DNA of 64,000 nucleotides from Albugo candida (Eukaryota): NCBI GenBank assembly GCA_040437565.1, contig JBDOQK010000019.1, positions 186,001 to 250,000 of the forward strand, read 5' to 3'. Shown piece by piece: positions 25,001 to 36,599 of this stretch (position 1 is its first letter; each line of letters starts with the position of its first letter). The notes under the pieces were generated by a model. It saw only the letters and a program-made list of their open reading frames with translations, ran no database searches and was not told where the DNA came from. The position numbers and the translations under genes were made by a program.

Positions 25001-26649
25001 AAGCGCTCACGGACACGTGCCAAAATTGAAGGATTTTGCGGTCTGCATTGAGTCTAACTGAAAAAGCAGCGACAAGCTACTGCACAAATCACAATAAGCG
25101 AAATTGTGCGAGAGCTCATGCACTTTTGTATAAGCCCCGATCAGATCATTAGAGCAGCACATGTACACCCGTTCAGCATGAATGTGGAGCATTTAGAATG
25201 CATCGGGCGATTTTAATGAAGACGTTAAGCGAATTCATGATTGAAACGCGGTCGAACAAGCTTCTCATAAGCATGACATAAGAAAAGTCGATTTTGGTGC
25301 GATACAGCGTCATAACTACTACAATAACTGGCTCGAGCAATCAAAGCCATCGCGTTCATCGACTTTATTATCATGNNNNNNNNNNNNNNNNNNNNNNNNN
25401 NNNNNNNNNNNNNNNNNNNNNNNNNNNNNNNNNNNNNNNNNNNNNNNNNNNNNNNNNNNNNNNNNNNNNNNNNNNTCCGTATTTGTGAGGACCATTTCCT
25501 TCGAAAGTGTGCGATTGCAATGTTTAATAGAATAAAAACATGTTGGAAATGTTTATTACGACTATTCGAATATCCTGTGCGAATAAGAAAAGAAATGATA
25601 TTTACGTGAGCGTAGTCGGCGCCGATATTCGATTTATTTTGACTTTATATAATGGAGAGGTTTCATGATGCATCGTACGTTGAAGCACAAGAGCATATCA
25701 CGGGATTGCATATGTGTGTGAGAGAGGGTCCAGTGGTCTTATAGTGCTAATGACTGGCGCTCTATTAGTTCTTGGTTCATCAGGACTGTAAGGAATTCGA
25801 CTCCTGTGTGACTAGAAGTCTGCCTGTCGACCGAGCGCTCTCTTTGTCACTTGGACTTGCTGCTTTCGTATGCTATGCGGTTCTTTGTGCAATGAATACA
25901 TCAGAGTTAAGAAGAACAACGAAGTACTACGGAATTGATTCAAACCATCAGAGCATTCCAAGAATAGTTGCGAAATCGCGACCTCTTGCGCTACCTGATT
26001 TAATGAGCACAAATTACTTCTGTGTGCTCTGCGTTAAGAAATTGGAAGCCGTTTCGAAAATCCGGTACATGGCAAGCGCATCTCAATCAGTCCGCATCAA
26101 TCGAGATGTCATCAAAAGGTGGCCTCCACAACAAGGTAGGCTTGGTGTACTTTCGAACGAAAGGCAACGGGCCAAAAGAAGAGTGAATGAAAAGCATGGG
26201 CAAGTTTGCGAGCTTTTTGAAAGCAATTCATAAAAGCGCTCACGGACACGTGCCAAAATTGAAGGATTTTGCGGTCTGCATTGAGTCTAACTGAAAAAGC
26301 AGCGACAAGCTACTGCACAAATCACAATAAGCGAAATTGTGCGAGAGCTCATGCACTTTTGTATAAGCCCCGATCAGATCATTAGAGCAGCACATGTACA
26401 CCCGTTCAGCATGAATGTGGAGCATTTAGAATGCATCGGGCGATTTTAATGAAGACGTTAAGCGAATTCATGATTGAAACGCGGTCGAACAAGCTTCTCA
26501 TAAGCATGACATAAGAAAAGTCGATTTTGGTGCGATACAGCGTCATAACTACTACAATAACTGGCTCGAGCAATCAAAGCCATCGCGTTCATCGACTTTA
26601 TTATCATGTGTACGAAAGCTGCGCTGTTCGACGACGATCGTCGATCTAG

Positions 26650-28800
26650 TTTATCACCAACGTGCGGGTGACTGGATTTTCTAGGTCATCATTGCTGACC
26701 ATTGCAACCAATCTGCTAAATTATAGGCTCGTTCGGAAGTGGAGGCAAAGTGTTGAGAGTAGGGGTTTGAGAAAAAATGATGCAATTATTTCGTCATCGA
26801 CGTTGAGAAGCCTTTCAGAAATGCTTGTTATGCCACAACAAAGTGTCAATTGCAGCACTCTACCTCGTCCTACAATCATGCATAAGGAAATGAGAGCTTG
26901 CCCACTTCTTATTTTTCGTCTGAATTGATTCTGCATGTCGAAAGAACTATTTTATATGTTAAATTGAGCTCATTCCAGCACGGCATCATCTAACGCGATA
27001 ATTCAATGCTTTAAGTTCATCTCAATCGCCTGGGAGAAAAAAATTGATATATTATCAAGCTGTTGAAACAATCAGATAAAAGCGATATTACCGTCTCTCA
27101 ACTGGCCTCGATACGGCCGGTATGGTGCAAGCGATCAATCTCGTATGGAGTAGTTCCTCTACAGGTCTAATGAGGCTACCGATTGCATGTTATCAGTTTT
27201 ATCGGAAAAGGTGGCATAGGTCTGAAGGCCGTATTCGATTTTCAACAAGAATGAGAACTCGCTTTTCGATCATAAGGTCAATCGTCTATCTCCTTGTTGT
27301 ATCATTAACTTTAAGATCCGATCTAGGCAAGCACAGACCGATCATATTGTTTCCCACGACAAATTATAGCAAAGTTCCCGACCATCATAGTGAAGAAGCA
27401 CATTATTGTTTCTTGGTCTCTGAGAAAGCTTATGGCAGGGTCGATCGGACGCTCATATTTCGCGATTCGGAAATAATGGGCGTTATAAAAGCTGTATCAA
27501 TTTATCTCACCTTTGTACACCGGCACATGGCATAATTGATGATTGTTGAAAGTATTCAACCGTTTACTGCATCCTAATGTGGATTAAAGTAGCCCGTTTC
27601 TTTGAGTATTTCTTTTTATGATGGCCATCGAACTCTAGAAGTATATATCGCGCCTTCATGAAGGATATAGAATACTGATTTTCAACACCACTTTTGCAAA
27701 GGGGACCAGTTTTTCAAAAGTATTCTAATTCTGCTTTCGAAAACACCGACTAAAGCTTTGACGCAGGTCGAATTGGTTCGAGTACATTTTTACGTATCTG
27801 GTGCGAAGGACAACTTTAGAGAATTGTATTTGCGGTTTTTTTAACGGTGTCATTTGAACAAGTTGAGCTCGGACACTGTCCCAAAGTTTGTGGATTCAGT
27901 CTAGCCAGAGACTATGGTCATCTCACTCTCGAATAGCGTTTCTTAAAATGGGTTATGTGAACAATTTTGACGTTGATAAACTAACTCTTCTGATCGTATA
28001 TACGGCATTGCACTGTAAACGTGGACATCTTCAGAGACTTGAAGGAGTGGCATTCGATCTTTGGCCAATATTATGTGTCAAGAAAAAAAATAGTAGATTT
28101 GGAGCACCTTAACAACATCATCAAAGAAGTTTTAGATATGCCTTGGGATATTTTTTGGTGGGGCAACTATCAAAGAACGTGATAGGTTTCGCACTTCACA
28201 ACCGACGCTTTGACAATCACTGCTACATATTTCACATCCGCTTTAGAACTTTAAGAGCCCATAAAATATTTACCAAGTAATCGCATTGGTATAGACGTAA
28301 TTTTACAATGATAGGCCGCATCTTTACTACGGATAGAAGCTTTCAAAATGTAGCATCAGACTGGCGGAGCATTACAGCGGCAACATTTGATGGTTTATAG
28401 CGACGTCATAACCGCATGCAGCATTCAATGCGGATTCTGCGACAAAATACTACTAGGTATGCTTCTTCTAGTACTTATCGACACCGACAAACATGTGACC
28501 TTCACGCATGGAGAGGAACTCTGAGCGCAGCAACACCCCTGTTACTATTTTTTAAGAAGACATTACCATCGCGTTATTGAGATCCGAGGATAATATTTCT
28601 GTGTGTGATCCTCCTGGACGAAATATTTTAGAGCTGCTCTGAGTGATTTTTTTCCAACAAATATGTCGTGTAAGAGAGTGATTCTATCAAGTAAGAGCAG
28701 ATACGAGCTTCTGGTCTGTATGAATGTCGGACGGCGCAGTAGGTAGACAATAGTGAAAAAATTTGGTGACATTTTGACGATGTCAAGATGACTGATATAA
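26650..28800 (+). mobile_element. Highly degenerate non-LTR (L1/Tx1-like) retrotransposon remnant
   Basis: FLVSEKAYGRVDRTLIF (~27410-27460) resembles the RT motif DFEKAYDRVD. Many stops and frameshifts. A homologous copy lies at ~40.1-43.7 kb. Confidence 0.45.
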
Positions 28801-31800
28801 AGCATCCTGCTGGAAATCAGAAAAGCATTAATTATAATGTCATGCAGTCTGCAGAGTAGTGCAATGGAACCCACACGTGGTACGTCAATGATTTTTTTAA
28901 ATAACGACACGATCTTAGGAATGTATTCATAGTCGCAGCCCTCCTGTCTAAATCCAAAAAGCAGAGCGAATGCTCCCTCTGCACTATTTTTTACTCAAGG
29001 TAATACAACTCGAGATTCTTTTCCACAGAGGAAACGCTAGGGTCTTCAATTGCTACCATCCTATAAAAATCCACTCGGCCATATCACACTCCTGTTCATC
29101 CAAATGAAATCAGTAAAGAATTTGACAAAATTGACGACTGAGATCAAGTCAAGCTCTGATTCTTGTTTCATTCAGATGATGTTAATCCATATAAACACCT
29201 CGTTGTAACAGGATTTGGTAGCCGTGGTTACCGGCCTGAGGAGTAATCCTTGCGCTATACAAGAAGGTTTCTTGTCTTTTATTATCCAAATGCTTATATC
29301 GAAGAACATGAACTGCTAGCTCAATGCTCTTATCAATTTGACTGATATTGCTCTCGGCCGTCTGCCACAAAGCAATCTTCTGACACGATATTTGAATCTG
29401 CAAAAACGTTCACGACCGATAATCTACTCGGACGTGATGGTCTGGCTTCTAGCTTACGACAAATAGGTTTCTTTCTCGAGAATAACGAGAAAGTGGAATA
29501 CACGTACACATAAATGGCTCCTATTGAATTTTTGTGGAAAATGGAGACAACCCTTTTTCCGAAATGTACAAGCTACTGATTATCTACAGGAGGGGTAATA
29601 GTGTTTGACATAAAAAGATAATATCTACTTATCCCACTTCACTATTGTCCTTTTTCAAAGCGTTCTCCGCAATAAACAAGAACATATCGCCATTTAACTT
29701 TGGTTACACAAGAAATTTCTTGGCATTATGTTACCGATTCCTGGTGACATCTTTCAATCCGTCAGTCGACTCCAAGCGTACAACATCACCTTAGCTGACG
29801 GTGTCCCCCAGACGCTGAATCGATACGCCTGGAGGTCGATTTTCTAGTCTAGCTCGAGAGCCCCACAAACTGAACGTAGTGGACAATTACAAGATAAAAC
29901 CAGGGCAATAAAGTACCAAGATAACTCCACCCAAAAGCCAACATGCCTTTACCGGCTTTAGTGCCATGAACTCGTAGAAAGGGAAGCAAAATTTGAATAG
30001 CATCCCCTCCCGCAGCTTTAGATTTGATTTCGACAGCCACCATGCGTCAGCTTCATTAGTTCAGAGTTTGCGAGATCACACGCCCTCGATGGTTTATATG
30101 AATCCCAATGCTCTTAAGTGTACTCACTACTTAATTAGGCCAGTGCAATCGTTCGGTAGCAGGATCCATTAGCGTACTAAAATGTGGTTAAATGGTGAGC
30201 TCTACTTATTGTTTGTTCATGCCACCGNNNNNNNNNNNNNNNNNNNNNNNNNNNNNNNNNNNNNNNNNNNNNNNNNNNNNNNNNNNNNNNNNNNNNNNNN
30301 NNNNNNNNNNNNNNNNNNNNNNNNNNNTGGTGACATCTTTCAATCCGTCAGTCGACTCCAAGCGTACAACATCACCTTAGCTGACGGTGTCCCCCAGACG
30401 CTGAATCGATACGCCTGGAGGTCGATTTTCTAGTCTAGCTCGAGAGCCCCACAAACTGAACGTAGTGGACAATTACAAGATAAAACCAGGGCAATAAAGT
30501 ACCAAGATAACTCCACCCAAAAGCCAACATGCCTTTACCGGCTTTAGTGCCATGAACTCGTAGAAAGGGAAGCAAAATTTGAATAGCATCCCCTCCCGCA
30601 GCTTTAGATTTGATTTCGACAGCCACCATGCGTCAGCTTCATTAGTTCAGAGTTTGCGAGATCACACGCCCTCGATGGTTTATATGAATCCCAATGCTCT
30701 TAAGTGTACTCACTACTTAATTAGGCCAGTGCAATCGTTCGGTAGCAGGATCCATTAGCGTACTAAAATGTGGTTAAATGGTGAGCTCTACTTATTGTTT
30801 GTTCATGCCACCGCCTTGCAAAGACGACTTTCGTAAACCAGATTGAGAAACACAGTAGAAGCATGCGAGTCTGCGAGCGTGCGTCGCAATAGGAAACAGG
30901 TTGAAGTCATGAACAACGCAATTCAGGCAATCCTTCAATCAGTCTCAAAGCTCACCCAGTATCTAGAGAAATCAGCGCACAAAACGATTTGCCGATGAAC
31001 AGGTTAGACAAAAGCCCAATTACAGCAAAGCGAGCGGCAAAGCTGGGACAATCCACATTGGGTGTGTCGAAAATGAGGGCTGTCAATAGACCATATAAAA
31101 CTCTTGTTGGGGTTTTCCAGTTGAACACGACCTAAAAGTATCTCTGCGCCTTTATGCTGGAAAAGCTTCGAATGTTTTAGAGAATGAGTCCTCTCCGACT
31201 CAAACAGCACCGACCATCTCTTCTACAGCAACATCGCGCAAAAGTTTAAATGCGCAAATGCGCGAAGCTATTCTTTGACACGGAAAATCAAACAAAGAAA
31301 CCGTGCTGCCAAACCAAAAATGCAATATTGCAAATGCGAGAATACAAGAATTTCTTGAGCCGTATACATAGCGTATCATGCAAATAAATTCTATGAGTAA
31401 TGCTCAGCATTCAAACTGACTGACTCCGAACGATGTTTGTTAGGGTCAAGTGTAGGCTAATCTGCAATCAAGGAGTAGATGCCACCACGCACGCACTATT
31501 GGTGGTGATAAACACGATAGTAAGTACGAAAGGGCGCACCTTGTTTGTAATGCACGGCCATGTGGAACAGCACTAATAAAAAGGGTCTCAATGAACCTAG
31601 ATACCGGCATCACTCTGAAAGCGAGCGTAGGATATCGCTGTCTTTGAGCAAGAGCATTTGAAGCAAGCAGAATCGCTGCAATTCCGAAGTTACACTGTTC
31701 TCTGGTGGAAGGTTTCCATGGAGTAAATTAGGATTTGTATCCTGGAGGTTCCTTATCATGCGCTTGTAGGCAACCAGCGGCTACGATTACTAAGCGTCGG

Positions 31801-32492
31801 GTTCTTTCCCTATCACGGACGTGGTTCGGGCATATGAAAAAGATCTGAACGCTCGCATCCGGAGCGCACACGCTCTACAAGTAAGGGCAGGTAGCTTATA
31901 TCTGGGGGTATAGTCATTCGAATTGTGAAATGAAGTATGATGCGAATGAGTATCCGGTGTGTATATTGATCAGACAGAACACACGGAAACCCAAGATTGG
32001 GACTAACAACCTTTCTTTTGCACAAGACCAAAAGTTAGTTTCACTTATGTACAACTATTGATTGCAATGTTGAGATGACGCAGCTAAAGCATATATACAT
32101 GCCGTGTTGCTTGTTGAGGACATGAGCCATCACATCACAATGAAAATATAATGATGACTTCAATGCAATTCAAAGTGCTTGAGACTTTGCATTAATGATT
32201 TTGTGTCAAATGATAACCCAGCTCCGCTTATTAATCACAGCAGTCTGAAGGCTCCATCGCAACATTGAGTACCTCTTACGGAAGATCGCATTGCGCTAGT
32301 GCTGGTATACGTATAGGAGTGAGATTGTTGTCAAATCATATGGTATCGACCAAACGTATGACGCTTCGACGATTATATTCACTTTATTGCACTCCTGGTC
32401 GTCCTATCGCCTAGCGCATGTAATGTGAACAAAGAACATTTATTTTTCAAAACACCTTCAACCACACATCTTGTCATTGATTCCGTTCGATT

Positions 32493-35384
32493 ATGGTTCG
32501 TCTCTGCGTCTCAAACTTCGCAGTCATCGCGTTCATGCTACTCGACTTGAGCTTTCAGCACTTAGTATTGGGTATGCGACCAGCAGTAAACGATACCCAA
32601 CTTATGTTTCGGAATCATGGAAAATCAAAAGAAATCCGTCAACTCGGCAAATTCCAAGCTCCCGAATTTGATGGGTGAGTTTCACCTCGATGCTATTCCG
32701 CAATCGTACTGGTTATTCCGTTTTAGGGTCCATCATAATCAAATGCATGAACACATACTGTTTTATGCTCCTGGCACTAAGAGGTACGCCCAAATCAATC
32801 TATTACTCGCAACATTATCAACTCTACATGTCAGGTCTCGAGAAATTGACCTACACGATACACTAAACCCCGATCCTAAGAGGTACGCCCTAATTCAATG
32901 CAAATGCGCAACACGGGCTGATATTTTATGATCAGGCTTCGGCAAAGCCAAGTCCACCAAGTCCAAGCTCCTGACTCTGATGGGTGAGCCTAACTTCGAT
33001 GCTATTCCGCAACTTGTACTAATTGCATGACTTTAGGGTGCATCAAATCCTACAAAATGGACAGAGCTCCTTTCAAGGTCCCCGCTCGGACAGGTAAGCT
33101 CAAAATCAATTCTAAAATCGCAGCGTGTAGTGATCTCTCAATTTAGGTTCCACCAAAAATCAAGCCATGAACTCATTTCGGTTTATGATCCTAGCTCGAA
33201 GAGGTACGCCGAACTCAATCGAAGCCGCGCAACATCACTAATTCTGTATCTCAGGTCTCGAGAGAGTAAATTTCACGAAACACAATATCCAAATTCTAAG
33301 AGGTACGCCTTTATTTGGTGCGAATTATCAACACGAGGTGATATTTGATGGTCAGGCTCCGGCTAAGTTCACTTGGCCGAGTCCAAGCCTTCGACGCTGA
33401 CGGGTGCGCCATAATTTGATGCTTTTTTACAACGTCTACTAATTTCATAAGGTCAGGAACCATCCGATCCTACCCAATAAACTTGGGTCGGTTCAAGCTC
33501 CCGACTCTGGCAGGTAAGTCCAAATTCAGTGCAAATCTCCAACGTGTAGTAACATGATAGCTTAGGGTACATCAATTTCAACTCCGGCAAGCCCAATCTC
33601 CTGGCTCTGATGGGTGATTCTAGATTCGATGCTATCTCACAATGTGTACTAACTTAATGGGCTCAGGTTTCGCCAAATTCTACCCAATAAACTTGGGTCG
33701 GTTCAAGCTCCCGACTCTGGCAGGTAAGTCCAAATTCAGTGCAAATCTCCAACGTGTAGTAACATGATAGCTTAGGGTACATCAATTTCAACTCCGGCAA
33801 GCCCAATCTCCTGGCTCTGATGGGTGATTCTAGATTCGATGCTATCTCACAATGTGTACTAACTTAATGGGCTCAGGTTTCGCCAAATTCTACCCAATAA
33901 ACTTGGGTCGGTTCAAGCTCCCGACTCTGGCAGGTAAGTCCAAATTCAGTGCAAATCTCCAACGTGTAGTAACATGATAGCTTAGGGTACATCAATTTCA
34001 ACTCCGGCAAGCCCAATCTCCTGGCTCTGATGGGTGATTCTAGATTCGATGCTATCTCACAATGTGTACTAACTTAATGGGCTCAGGTTTCGCCAAATTC
34101 TACCCAATAAACTTGGGTCGGTTCAAGCTCCCGACTCTGGCAGGTAAGTCCAAATTCAGTGCAAANNNNNNNNNNNNNNNNNNNNNNNNNNNNNNNNNNN
34201 NNNNNNNNNNNNNNNNNNNNNNNNNNNNNNNNNNNNNNNNNNNNNNNNNNNNNNNNNNNNNNNNNCTACCCAATAAACTTGGGTCGGTTCAAGCTCCCGA
34301 CTCTGGCAGGTAAGTCCAAATTCAGTGCAAATCTCCAACGTGTAGTAACATGATAGCTTAGGGTACATCAATTTCAACTCCGGCAAGCCCAATCTCCTGG
34401 CTCTGATGGGTGATTCTAGATTCGATGCTATCTCACAATGTGTACTAACTTAATGGGCTCAGGTTTCGCCAAATTCTACCCAATAAACTTGGGTCGGTTC
34501 AAGCTCCCGACTCTGGCAGGTAAGTCCAAATTCAGTGCAAATCTCCAACGTGTAGTAACATGATAGCTTAGGGTACATCAATTTCAACTCCGGCAAGCCC
34601 AATCTCCTGGCTCTGATGGGTGATTCTAGATTCGATGCTATCTCACAATGTGTACTAACTTAATGGGCTCAGGTTTCGCCAAATTCTACCCAATAAACTT
34701 GGGTCGGTTCAAGCTCCCGACTCTGGCAGGTAAGTCCAAATTCAGTGCAAATCTCCAACGTGTAGTAACATGATAGCTTAGGGTACATCAATTTCAACTC
34801 CGGCAAGCCCAATCTCCTGGCTCTGATGGGTGATTCTAGATTCGATGCTATCTCACAATGTGTACTAACTTAATGGGCTCAGGTTTCGCCAAATTCTACC
34901 CAATAAACTTGGGTCGGTTCAAGCTCCCGACTCTGGCAGGTAAGTCCAAATTCAGTGCAAATCTCCAACGTGTAGTAACTTGATAGCTTAGGGTATATCA
35001 ATTTCAACTCCGGCAAGCCCGATCTCCTGGCTCTGATGGGTGATTCTAGAGTTGATGCTAGCTCACAACGTGTACTAATTTTACGAGCTCAGGTTTTCCC
35101 AAGTCCTACCCAATAAAGTCAGGTCGGATCAAGCTTCAAACTCTGGCAGGTAAGTGTAATTTTAGTGCTTATCTGCAACGTGTAGTAACATGATAGCATA
35201 GGGTATATCAATTTCAATTCCGCCAACCTCATATTCCCAACATTCAAAGGTGAGCATCAAGGTAATCGTAAATTCGCAGCTTGTGTTGAGTGTTGCGCAT
35301 AAGCTGCGACGGCTTCAACCAAACGAACGCGGTCTAAGTAAATCTCCTCATCATTGCTTAGGCAAAAAACCAAATTCAGCCTGA
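32493..35384 (+). CDS. Secreted repeat protein encoded by a micro-exon array (paralogue 2; ~26 visible exons)
   Basis: Exon 1 (32493-32674) encodes signal peptide-like MVRLCVSNFAVIAFMLLDLSFQHLVLG. Following exons: 32727-32783, 32835-32882, 32936-32983, 33037-33093, 33147-33203, 33255-33302, 33356-33403, 33457-33513, then alternating 48/57-nt exons to 35249. All are phase 2 with GT..AG introns of 51-53 nt, and the spliced frame has no stop. Terminal stop is at 35337 or 35384. Confidence 0.85.
33470..35249 (+). repeat. 210-bp tandem repeat (~8 visible copies around gap 34166-34265) = 57-nt exon + 52-nt intron + 48-nt exon + 53-nt intron
   Basis: Exact 210-nt periodicity (e.g. GGCAG|GTAAGT donors at 33514, 33724, 33934, 34144 and 34310, 34520, 34730, 34940). 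The last copies diverge. Confidence 0.95.
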
Positions 35385-36599
35385 TAAGCGTGGAATACTA
35401 GCTACTGGGAAAGCATACTGTATATACTGCAGCACCGCTTACGACAGTTCATTGGACATGAACGATGAAGCGCTTATCGACTTCAATAAGAACAATAACA
35501 GAGGAATAACTTGAAAAAAAATTCATTCCAACCAAATTATATTCAAATACATACGTATAGCATGACAAATACAAAGGTATTAGACTAACCAAATAAGCTT
35601 TGTGTGGAAAGGTATGAAAGTTCTTAGAAAATCGATAAAGAAGCCGTGGAGGGACTGAAAAGGTACGAAGCTTCATAACAGGCAAAGATTACTCAGTTTA
35701 CTTGTAGCCCCAGAATAGGCGCAGTTGATGCATCGTTGCCCATTCCCTTCTTGTTTATGAGAAGATCAAGAGCGACAACATCTACTCGACACCTTTTACA
35801 AAATCTATGCACTGTCCCATCTTGAAAGGATTATTCTTTTCAGTACAATGTTGCCTTGTTTACACGACATCCGATTGCTAGGATAAATCCGGCAAGATCA
35901 AGAAAGAAAATGCTTCCATTCAATTGTCAATTTACAATGATATTAGTAATAATGGTTGCGACATTCGTAAGTGAAGTAGTATCATTCCAATCACATTTAC
36001 AGATGATTTTGCTCGTGTCGTGATCAATTTTCTACTTCCCCGCAATGTTCCTGTTTGTCTAACTGGAGACTCCGAATCTCTGATTTACTGTCCTATCGCA
36101 CCAAATTGGATTTCCCTATCCGCAATATTGGCTGCTCAAGAGAGGCACCCTTGAGGGTCTATACAAATCCAATCACTTTGTTTTGATGACCGCTGCAGAT
36201 GAGGTATAAGTGTACTCTGGGCAGTACAAACGAAGAATGTAGCGGTATGCGATAAGGCACCTTTTCTTCAACAATTTATACCTTCTGTAATGCATTTTTC
36301 GTGTAGCATAGACAAAGAATGAAGCAACTTGTGTTGATTGCGATTAGCAATTGGATTGCTCATGCTGTATTCTTTGATTGTAGCTTCGCTTCTCCAAGAG
36401 GATACGGGCCAAGAAGTCGTGCTCGCATCACACCAACACCATAGCGTTCATTATCAGAGTTGTATACGATCGCGCTGGACATTGGTATAGCTGAGGTTAG
36501 TCCTTCACGTAAACGCTATTTATCTAGAAGATACACATAAATCAGTCTGGCTTCATGATATTTGTGTTCTTTGTTGTGAAATATAAAGTGGATTAGTGC

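Noticed and set aside
24243-26608. Perfect 1.13-kb direct duplication (24243-25375 = 25476-26608) including twin 153-aa ORFs
   Set aside because: Identical copies abut a 100-N gap, so these are unmerged overlapping contig ends, not LTRs or a real duplication. The ORFs have no ATG start or domain support.
29742-30813. Identical direct repeat 29742-30227 = 30328-30813
   Set aside because: Same gap-flank assembly artefact.
33457-35039. Second open frame in the spliced repeat (FAKFYPINLGRFKLPTLAGYINFNSGKPNLLALMG)
   Set aside because: Not in frame with the signal-peptide exon and closed by TAA in exon 3 (32864-32866).
33470-35249. CRISPR-like array or non-coding satellite interpretation of the 210-bp repeat
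   Set aside because: No unique spacers and a eukaryotic context; the unit is fully explained by exon/intron structure.
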